Below, in pieces: positions 1-6,866 of a stretch of 26,409 nucleotides of DNA (position 1 is its first letter; each line of letters opens with the position of its first letter). The stretch lies in assembly GCA_041736175.1 (NCBI GenBank), contig JBGSUI010000163.1:1-26409 (forward strand). The letters are read 5' to 3'. Both the position numbers and the translations under genes were made by a program. A model generated the notes under the pieces. The model saw only the letters and a list, made by a program, of their open reading frames with translations, was not told the origin of the DNA and made no database searches. This DNA comes from Oligoflexales bacterium (GTDB lineage: Bacteria > Bdellovibrionota_B > Oligoflexia > Oligoflexales > CAIYRB01).

Positions 1-225
1 CAATCTGAATGGAATGATCAACTCTTTACCTCTGAATGCCGCCTTGGTGTTCTTGCCCAGGAAGTCATCCGCTACGACCTTAATAGCCTCGATGGCTCGT
101 TTTTAACTGGCGCCATTGTAAACCCTAAAACCCATCGCAAAAATGCAAAAGGCAACTTGTGCTTTTTGCAGATTGTTGGCGCACGCCTTGAAGCGGCCAT
201 CACTCCCTATCTCGAAAAGATCTAA
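1..225 (+). CDS. Partial CDS (3' end), hypothetical protein
   Basis: Frame +1 is open from base 1 for 74 codons (QSEWNDQL...TPYLEKI) to TAA at 223-225. No family recognised. Confidence 0.4.
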   Translation, partial: QSEWNDQLFTSECRLGVLAQEVIRYDLNSLDGSFLTGAIVNPKTHRKNAKGNLCFLQIVGARLEAAITPYLEKI

Positions 226-235
226 TTCTAGCTGA

Positions 236-294
236 TACCTTGAATTTAAGATAAAACGGCTTTACCTTATTAAGGTAAGGCCGCTTTATCTTAA
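236..294 (+). promoter_or_regulatory. Putative promoter of the ATPase gene overlapped by a 49-bp inverted repeat (operator-like)
   Basis: TTGAAT (240-245)-N17-TACCTT (263-268). Near-perfect palindrome 246-294 centred on T270 with 2 mismatched pairs. TACCTT/TATCTT half-sites at 236, 248 (rc), 263, 272 (rc), 287. Confidence 0.6.
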
Positions 295-304
295 GGATTA
301 AATC

Positions 305-1774
305 ATGCTATCATGGCGTTTTTATGGACGAAAATACTATTTTGACGAACTCAAATCAATTTTTGAGAGAAGACGTTGGTTTTTTTTAAAAATTGCGGGT
401 AGACGGCGCATTGGAAAATCAGCTTTGATCAAATTTGCTTTGCAGTCGGTCGCTCCTGAACGACTCCTATTCTACATCCAACTCCCTGATTCAGACCCCC
501 CAGGATTACTCTCTGCAGTTACAGACGCACTAGATACTTTCAACATTTCAGCAGAAAAATTTTCACGACCTAAAAATCTAGTCCAACTTTCTAAACTCAT
601 ATCTCAACTGTGCGAGGCTGGGTATATCGTCGTCCTTGATGAGTTCCAATATCTGAATCGAAAAGGCTATGAGGAATTTTGCTCACTTCTACAAGCAGTT
701 GTGGATGAACTATTGAGCAAGACGGCTACCACAACCGGAGGTCTTATTGTCTTAGGATCCGTCCACACCGAGATAGCCGCCCTGCTCGATGATCGAAATG
801 CACCTCTTTATGGACGGGTGACAGATGCCATCGATCTCCCGCATCTGGATATTGCATCCATCTTAGAGATCATAAGGGAGCACTCCGATATAAATCCGGA
901 GCGACTCCTATTTCTTTGGAACCTATTTGAGGGGGTTCCTAAGTTTTACCGTGATTGCTATGAGCGTGGCGTCCTAGGATCAAGTCGTCAAGAGCTCTTG
1001 CAAAAAATTTTTTTTGAAAGTTCCTCTCCTCTTAAAAGCGAAGCTGAAAACTGGTTTCTCCGGGAACTACGTGGGCGATATGATGTTATTCTCAAATATG
1101 TGGCACGCCACCCTGGTAGTATTCATAACGACCTTGTGAATTCCATTCAAAATATTGAAGGCGGGACAACCAAGCAAATCGGCGGATATTTGCAGGGGCT
1201 TGTGGAGCGCTTTCGACTCATCGAAAAGAAGCTGCCGATTTTTGCAAAACCAGAATCTCGAAAAAACCGCTATTATTTAACGGATAATTTCTTGCAAGCA
1301 TGGCTCTCGGCGCTGGCTGCTCCCATTTCAGCACTCGCTTTCCGCCCTCTCAACCAACTGGTCGCAGAAGCTGACCAGAGACTCTATGAAGTCGAAGGTC
1401 GGGCTCTCGAAAAGCTTGTGAGACAACTCTACGAGGAAAGGAGCCGACTTGGAATTGGCGATTTTTCTTTAACCCATACGGTCCAAGGTTGGTGGGACCG
1501 TTCTGGTACTGAAATTGACTTAGTGGCTTGTAACGATGAGAAACAAACCATTCGATTTGTCTCCTGCAAACGTTCGCCTGGGAAACTTGTCGCAGACGCC
1601 TCAAATCTCCAGGAGCATGCCGCACGCTTTTTATCAGCTCAACAAAAATATCAGGGGTGGAACATTCAATTTGTTGGAGTGGCCCCTAAACTTGAAGATG
1701 AGCATCGCGCGGTCCTTAAAAATCATGGAGTTTTAGGCCAAGATCTTATGGACCTGACAGCAGAGCTTTCCTAG
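305..1774 (+). CDS. AAA+ ATPase of the archaeal ATPase type with wHTH-like region and C-terminal DUF234 / PD-(D/E)XK-like domain
   Basis: N-terminal FYGR, Walker A GRRRIGKS, Walker B VVLDEFQY, PLYGR motif, C-terminal GWWDRSGTEIDLVA...FVSCKR. Confidence 0.85.
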   Translation: MLSWRFYGRKYYFDELKSIFERRRWFFLKIAGRRRIGKSALIKFALQSVAPERLLFYIQLPDSDPPGLLSAVTDALDTFNISAEKFSRPKNLVQLSKLISQLCEAGYIVVLDEFQYLNRKGYEEFCSLLQAVVDELLSKTATTTGGLIVLGSVHTEIAALLDDRNAPLYGRVTDAIDLPHLDIASILEIIREHSDINPERLLFLWNLFEGVPKFYRDCYERGVLGSSRQELLQKIFFESSSPLKSEAENWFLRELRGRYDVILKYVARHPGSIHNDLVNSIQNIEGGTTKQIGGYLQGLVERFRLIEKKLPIFAKPESRKNRYYLTDNFLQAWLSALAAPISALAFRPLNQLVAEADQRLYEVEGRALEKLVRQLYEERSRLGIGDFSLTHTVQGWWDRSGTEIDLVACNDEKQTIRFVSCKRSPGKLVADASNLQEHAARFLSAQQKYQGWNIQFVGVAPKLEDEHRAVLKNHGVLGQDLMDLTAELS

Positions 1775-1785
1775 GTAAGCTACTA

Positions 1786-2024
1786 CTAAAAAGGTGATAC
1801 CGGCCCTGGGGGTGCGAATCCCTTCTGGGCCTCGTCCACAGAGGTCACATAGGCTCTCAGCTTTGCTAACACCGCCGCCGAAGCGCGCACCTCAAACCGT
1901 GCGCGCTCGCTATCGTCAAAAGACGAATCGATAATCAAACATGATTTATAGACTGTCGACATCCCCGCAGCGTCTTCATGGGGAACCTGGAGGGTAGCCC
2001 GCACCAGATTTTCTTCAAAAAATT
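1786..2024 (-). pseudogene. hflX: 3' fragment of a second hflX copy
   Basis: Aligns without gaps to 6867-7105 with 9 mismatches in 239 bp (hand count). Includes the stop codon; similarity continues to about 1774/6855. Confidence 0.93.
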
Positions 2025-2276
2025 GCCTCGTCAGCAGAATTTGTGGGTGCGCTTAGGTTCCGGTAGATCTCCCAATGCATGAAAATAGACTTAGGTCACT
2101 TTTATTTTGGCTCGGAAAAAACAGGGGGCGTCCTAAAAGATCCGCAACAGATTGAACGCTATCTGCCACCCACAGAGATGATATCCATCAGAGTACCATC
2201 TGGACATCGCTCAGCTAATTATATTGTTCTAAAATGGCAAAAATCATCAGGAAATTCAATGCTTTTTGCATATTTT

Positions 2277-2708
2277 CTAAGCCTGAACTCGCAAATCTAC
2301 TTCTGAAATGAGGTTTCCTTCAAGAGCATCCAATACCGCTTTAATCTTTTCGATCGAAGCTCCAAAATATTCGTTTCTTTCGTCACGGGAGACCTGTGCT
2401 TCAGAGACCCCGAGCTTTTTTGCGAGTTCTTTTTGAGGAATATTCTTGTTAATGCGAAGAGCAACCAGGATCCGTCCAAGACCAGATAAGTTGTGTACCT
2501 CAGGAAATACCCCCTGTTTAATTCCCTCATAGAAACGGATTTCTTCTTCAAGCTGCATTGTAAACGAAGCTAGAGGACCAATTGCTAACGAGATCAAATC
2601 ATCGGGGACACCTTCTTTTTTTAACCGAATTTGTTCAGCTGCGGTACGCTGGCGCTCTTCTCGAACTTTCTCGACAGCCCTTTTGTATTCAGATTCAGTT
2701 TTGATCAT
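2277..2708 (-). CDS. XRE-family HTH protein (HigA-like antitoxin/regulator)
   Basis: RBS AGGAGG 8 nt before ATG. N-terminal MIKTESEY; C-terminal HTH LRINKNIPQKELAKKLGVSEAQVSRDE. Confidence 0.85.
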   Translation of the reverse strand: MIKTESEYKRAVEKVREERQRTAAEQIRLKKEGVPDDLISLAIGPLASFTMQLEEEIRFYEGIKQGVFPEVHNLSGLGRILVALRINKNIPQKELAKKLGVSEAQVSRDERNEYFGASIEKIKAVLDALEGNLISEVDLRVQA

Positions 2709-2871
2709 GTGATTGTCCTCCTGGCACCACTTTTATGATGCCCTTTGCTACGTCCCTCGAACCGCCAAATTTGTTTATGGGTCGGTATGATTCGATCTGA
2801 GCCGGAAAAATCAGCAAATTGGTTGCAGAGGCTATTAGAGGAACCGATTTGTAAGCCCCAAAACCCGTCAA
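2695..2871 (-). pseudogene. Possible decayed 3' end of a partner (toxin-like) gene overlapping the HTH start
   Basis: A 58-aa frame not in the ORF track ends ...SRDVAKGIIKVVPGGQSHDQN* and overlaps the HTH ATG. The KGII ending resembles, from memory, DUF6932-type proteins found before such HTH genes. Confidence 0.3.
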
Positions 2872-2914
2872 GCTTTTTCTGAAATTTTTTTACATATGAA
2901 TAGAGGCGATAGGA

Positions 2915-2937
2915 TGGCCTCGCCCTGGGGCGAGCCA
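2915..2937. repeat. GC-rich hairpin
   Basis: TGGCCTCGCCC-TG-GGGCGAGCCA pairs with one bulge. It lies about 40 bp downstream of the 2979 stop; no U-tract. Confidence 0.4.
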
Positions 2938-2978
2938 CTCGAAGGAGTCGCGAGATTAAGTCATCACCAAAGGTAATG

Positions 2979-3398
2979 TTAGTTCGGTTGACCTTGGTAT
3001 CGCAGCCAGTTTATGGGTTGAAGGGCATCCAGGATTGAGCTCACTCCGAGCAGTTTGTCCCGGGGCGAACGACGCCAGAAGCATGCAATCCAAGATTCGG
3101 TGACTCCAGAGGTGGAGCCCATTGCGAAAAAATCCAGGTCGGCAATGCCAAAGACTGTTCGCCGCGAGGTTGGGGCCCGGGACGAATCAGTTGGCCAGCG
3201 GTGGGGTCGAGGCCGTCGCGAGGCAAGATCTGGATGCAAGCCGGGATACTTTGGGCCTTGGTTCATAAATTCACCGTGATCTCTATGGTGGTTAACAAGT
3301 AAACGGATTTGAGACCCACTTGGCCAGTGCAGCCCAGTTTGCCTCGTCAAACGGGCCAGCTCGGTCATCATTTTTGCCTTTTGCTTTTCGGATCTCAT
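2979..3398 (-). CDS. Hypothetical ORF; only the 5' part is plausible
   Basis: AAGGA RBS before ATG and same strand as the upstream BrnA-like gene. The 3' half is antisense to the HNH-like remnant and looks like read-through. Confidence 0.3.
   Translation of the reverse strand: MRSEKQKAKMMTELARLTRQTGLHWPSGSQIRLLVNHHRDHGEFMNQGPKYPGLHPDLASRRPRPHRWPTDSSRAPTSRRTVFGIADLDFFAMGSTSGVTESWIACFWRRSPRDKLLGVSSILDALQPINWLRYQGQPN
3055..3279 (+). pseudogene. Possible remnant of an HNH endonuclease gene
   Basis: SRSAMPKTVRREVGARD (3133-3183) resembles the R-x-I-P-xx-V-R-R-x-V-W-x-R-D segment that precedes HNH domains. No Cys/His HNH core follows. Confidence 0.3.
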
Positions 3399-3454
3399 GT
3401 CAGTCCTTTATGACAACGTGGCAGGGAATTTAGCTTCGAGGATCTCGCCCGTTT

Positions 3455-4054
3455 TCAGCCTGATCTGGAGGCAGAAATAGGCGCCGGTTGTTGAGGATTT
3501 TGGTTGCCGGCGGAGCTAATCCGGCTCCGGATCCGGATAATGTCTTCTAATCTGTTAAGTCGATCCTCGATGGATGGACGCTCTCCCTGTGCTAATTCTT
3601 TCTCTAACTGAGTAACTACGGCCTCGAGAAAGTTGACAGGCCCCGCTGTGGGAGCACTAATTCCTCCGACCGGGACTTGTGAAGTTAATTCACTTAGGAT
3701 TGACTTGGACTCGTCGTCCACTGTCCCAGGCAAAAACACCTGTCGAAGTGCCGCGTTAATAAGTGGTGCAGCTTTTCCACCCGGAAGCTTCGTTGCGAGT
3801 CGACGAATTTCGTCTAAAACATCTTGGGCAAACCAAACCGACATTTTTTCTTTCACATTTTTAGGCACAAGCGTCTCGCGAGTCAGCTCAGGACGAATAC
3901 CATCCTTGGGTGCAGTTGCTTTAAACGGCGACTCTTCCAGCTCTTCACGGGTAACTCGTTGGCCATCTTTACTTACGAGTTCATCGGTCGAAGCGTCGTA
4001 GGTGAATCCTTCGGCCTTTAATTCGTCGTTAAGCAATGATTTCTTCTTTTTCAT
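3455..4054 (-). CDS. BrnA-antitoxin-like ribbon-helix-helix protein with long C-terminal extension
   Basis: KEKMSVWFAQDVLDEIRRLA...GKAAPLINAALR matches the BrnA-type RHH pattern. GAGG RBS before ATG. Confidence 0.7.
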   Translation of the reverse strand: MKKKKSLLNDELKAEGFTYDASTDELVSKDGQRVTREELEESPFKATAPKDGIRPELTRETLVPKNVKEKMSVWFAQDVLDEIRRLATKLPGGKAAPLINAALRQVFLPGTVDDESKSILSELTSQVPVGGISAPTAGPVNFLEAVVTQLEKELAQGERPSIEDRLNRLEDIIRIRSRISSAGNQNPQQPAPISASRSG

Positions 4055-4078
4055 GGTAACCTCGCAGCAATTATTTTC

Positions 4079-4339
4079 CTATTGTTGTTCTAGGATCTCT
4101 GCACACACCCGCAAAAGGTGTGCCTTGCGCTTTGCTATGTATTCTTGAACGTATCTTATTTCCCAATCCTTGAAAGGGCCCTGGACTATTATAGCTTGGG
4201 TCTCAATTTCTAGAATTGCGCGCATTCCATTGTTACCTGTTCTGTAGAGATGCACCCGCGGTGGGTTGTGGGTGGGTTCACGGATGTAGATACGGTACGT
4301 GTCATCCATCAGCCTGAACATCTCGTGTAGCTTGCCCAC
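4079..4339 (-). CDS. DUF4160-family small protein (HicA-like fold, putative toxin)
   Basis: YRIYIREPTHNPPRVHL resembles the DUF4160 H-x-P-P-H-x-H motif. Start reassigned to GTG 4339 after GGAGGT, giving 86 aa. Confidence 0.75.
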   Translation of the reverse strand: MGKLHEMFRLMDDTYRIYIREPTHNPPRVHLYRTGNNGMRAILEIETQAIIVQGPFKDWEIRYVQEYIAKRKAHLLRVCAEILEQQ

Positions 4340-4380
4340 TCTACCTCCAACAACAGCCGCCAACTGATATATCCGCTTAG

Positions 4381-4451
4381 GCCACCCATTGTAACCCATC
4401 GGCATTTTTCCATCAAGACTTGAGCAAAGATTTTGGGTGCCATTGGGTGGC
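4381..4451 (-). promoter_or_regulatory. Sigma70 promoter of the DUF4160/BrnA-like operon with inverted-repeat operator
   Basis: Minus strand TTGATG (4416-4411)-N17-TACAAT (4393-4388). Inverted repeat 4381-4398 / 4434-4451 (15 of 18 pair); one arm covers the -10. Confidence 0.65.
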
Positions 4452-4653
4452 GTGCCAAAAGCATGCAGCCGAGATTATAGATTGGCGGCGCAAAAGTTAA
4501 TGAAAACAGTCTAGTAGTCCGATTTGCTAACGTCGCATCTATTAAATTGTAGCCCTTGGGATCGGTGGCCTTGCCGGAACTAAACCGGACGGATTGCCGG
4601 CGTTGCCATCTTATAAAAGACAGATGGACATCACTGGAGCTCGCTGGGGACTA

Positions 4654-5260
4654 ACCTTGAGCTCGTTACGGCGGGCTTTCCTCTGGTTTTGGCGGTCCTT
4701 ATCGATCCCCTCTAGTTGTTTTTTAAGGCGGCTGATCCGCTCTCTCGCCAGACGGCGGTCCACTTCGATTTGCTTTTCGCCCATCCCCCACTGGATACCA
4801 CCTCCCCGTTGGCGCTCCAGGTGAGTCCAGGCTCCGGTCATCCGCGGCAGCAGATACTCGAGCCGTGCAATCTCCACCTGGGTCTTAGACTGGGTGGTAA
4901 GGGCATGACGGGCAAAGATCTCAAGGATGACCCCAGTGCGATCGAGAACCTCGCATCCCGTCATCTGCTCGAGGTTACGCATCTGAGGTCCCGAAAGGGG
5001 GTGGTCAAAGACCACCAATCCGGCTCCCACCTGCTCTGATAAAACCTTGATCTCTTCGACTTTACCTTCGCCTAGGAGGCACTTGGGGGTTAACTTCTGC
5101 CGCCTTTGGATCACGCGGCCTTTGACCACGATCTGCAAGGTTTCTAAAAGGCGACTGAGTTCGCTGAGATCATCGTTAAGACGCTGGGACTCATCACTGC
5201 CCAAAAGAACTCCCACAATAATAGCTGAGGACTTTCGGGACGCCGTATCGGTGGGATAAG
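4654..5260 (-). pseudogene. hflX: 5' fragment of a second hflX copy, truncated just before the G1 motif
   Basis: Aligns without gaps to 7579-8185 with about 51 mismatches in 607 bp and only 5 amino-acid changes. The frame runs into foreign sequence and stops at 4611. Confidence 0.93.
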
Positions 5261-5261
5261 A

Positions 5262-6329
5262 TCATTTTGAGTAGTTGTCGTTTTTAATCCATTTTGCCCG
5301 AGGCCCTAATCCCTCTGAACGAAGATGGCCTAAATCTCGCTCAAATCGGAGTGTCTTTCGTATGTGATCGATGCCAACAGTCGGACAGAGGGCCACAACG
5401 TCGGAGATAGTAAAGCTCAGCGGTAGCTTTTCAATCGAGGCGATGACCATAGCTGCTTTTGCTCCTTTTGCGTTTTCAACCGCCCCCACACGCTTCTCAA
5501 AATCTTTGTATGCGGTAAGCAACATAACACCTAGAAAATATTCCAGCCAGGGTGCTAGATTATGCTTACCTTCAGACCACCCTTGAGATGATCGGTATAA
5601 GGCATCATAGTAAGTCTCCTTGGTATCCTCGACCACACGCTCCAAACTTATATAGCGACCGACAAGATAACCAGATTGGTATAGCGTTAACAACGAGAGC
5701 AGGCGCGACATTCTGCCATTTCCATCTCGAAATGGATGAATACAGAGGAAATCTAGAATGTAAGCTGGAATAGCGATCAACGGGTCAACGCTACTGGTCT
5801 CCTCAAGCATATTTTGGTAGCCCCTATGGAGTTGCTCCATCGCTTGCGGTGTTTGCCAGGCTGCAACCGGCTTAAAGCGAGTATAGGATGTGCCATCTGG
5901 ATGCTTCTCTTCGATCGTGTTGTCTGTTGATTTCCAGTTGCCCCCAGGATCGGTGGTGTAAGTAAAAAGATCCCTGTGAAATTGAAGGACAATATTGGCA
6001 CTAAAGGGAATGTCCTTGAATGAGGCGTGAATCGTGCCGAGTACATCGCGATAACCAGCAATTTCCTGCTCAGATCGGTCAAGTGGTTGAGTTCGATTTT
6101 CAATAAGCGCCTTTAATCTCTTTTGCTCTGGTATGATCACACCTTCTATGCGGTTGGATGATTCCGTACTTTGAATAACGGCACTTTGCCGCAGTGTTTC
6201 CAAAATCTGCGGTACCTGGACCCTGTATAGAGCTTCCTTACCCCGAAATTCACCGATCATTCTTATTGTCTTCAATAGGTTATGACTAATAGGATGCTTC
6301 TCTAAAAAGCCATTTTCAAATGATTTCAA
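5262..6329 (-). CDS. Fic-family protein (class II) with C-terminal wHTH-like region
   Basis: Catalytic motif HPFRDGNGRMSR and N-terminal inhibitory motif SNRIEG. Likely start is TTG 6329 (MKSFENG), because the track start at 6395 falls inside the promoter. Confidence 0.92.
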   Translation of the reverse strand: MKSFENGFLEKHPISHNLLKTIRMIGEFRGKEALYRVQVPQILETLRQSAVIQSTESSNRIEGVIIPEQKRLKALIENRTQPLDRSEQEIAGYRDVLGTIHASFKDIPFSANIVLQFHRDLFTYTTDPGGNWKSTDNTIEEKHPDGTSYTRFKPVAAWQTPQAMEQLHRGYQNMLEETSSVDPLIAIPAYILDFLCIHPFRDGNGRMSRLLSLLTLYQSGYLVGRYISLERVVEDTKETYYDALYRSSQGWSEGKHNLAPWLEYFLGVMLLTAYKDFEKRVGAVENAKGAKAAMVIASIEKLPLSFTISDVVALCPTVGIDHIRKTLRFERDLGHLRSEGLGPRAKWIKNDNYSK

Positions 6330-6368
6330 TGCGTTATCTCTGTGAATAGGTATTGTTAACAGGTTTGC

Positions 6369-6453
6369 TACCCATTTAATAGGTACTATACCCAAAGTTA
6401 AGACGCTATCTCAATATGTATTGGTATGTCTTTTGGTACCCATTTAATGGGTA
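6369..6453 (-). promoter_or_regulatory. fic promoter flanked by two 17-bp palindromic sites
   Basis: Minus strand TTGAGA (6414-6409)-N18-TATAGT (6390-6385). TACCCATTTAATAGGTA at 6369-6385 and perfect TACCCATTTAATGGGTA at 6437-6453. Confidence 0.65.
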
Positions 6454-6490
6454 GGATGAGTTGGCCTCACGTATTGCGGGGAAAGTGACT

Positions 6491-6836
6491 ATGCCCGTGT
6501 TTGAAACCACAGCATTCTACACAGATTCCGACCCCAAGGACACCGTCCTTTCTGGCGTCCTGGCAGACGCAGCCGGTGGACTGTTTCTGGCACTCCGCTT
6601 CTTCCGAAAAGGGGACGTCCTCTACTACGTCGTATCCCAGCACGACGACCCAAAGGCCATTCAGGGCAGCCTCTTTTTCAACGAGCGCTTCGCTAGACCA
6701 CCTATTAGACGACTCAAAGGCACAGTACCTCGTCGTCCTCAACACAAAAACTAAAACCATCGTGGGCACCCTCGAGATGACCCGCCAACAAATTTTGGAA
6801 TTAGAGTATAAGCACCAGACTCTCCGGGCCTCCTGA
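6491..6836 (+). pseudogene. Small hypothetical gene with a +1 frameshift near 6690
   Basis: MPVFETTAF...FFNERF in one frame continues as LDHLLDDSK...TLRAS* in the next. The span is 346 bp (115 codons + 1) and both halves favour C-ending codons. Confidence 0.65.
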
Positions 6837-6838
6837 CT

Positions 6839-6855
6839 CCCCCGTTTAATGGGTG
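6839..6855. repeat. Third, degenerate copy of the 17-bp palindrome
   Basis: CCCCCGTTTAATGGGTG versus TACCCATTTAATGGGTA, 13 of 17 identical. Confidence 0.55.
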
Positions 6856-6866
6856 GCAAGCACCTA

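Noticed and set aside
2079..2306. 75-aa + strand ORF
   Set aside because: No RBS or motif, and it overlaps the end of the HTH gene.
2705..2938. 77-aa ORF as the toxin of the HTH gene
   Set aside because: It has an ATGA overlap, but starts inside a hairpin, crosses AT-rich spacer-like DNA and has no toxin motif.
2051..4585. Weak inverted similarity (TTAGGTTCCGGTAG...TCCCAA versus 4556-4585) as terminal repeats of the cargo
   Set aside because: Needs gaps, sits at unequal distances from the junctions, and there is no target duplication or transposase.
4612..4623. TATAAAAGACAG resembles part of the Tn5 mosaic end / Nextera adapter near the hflX junction
   Set aside because: Only 11 of 12 bases match, the rest of the 19-mer does not, and it lies 30 bp from the junction.
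1..6860. Integron, CRISPR array or prophage
   Set aside because: No intI, repeated attC-like sites, regular repeat-spacer units or phage genes were seen.
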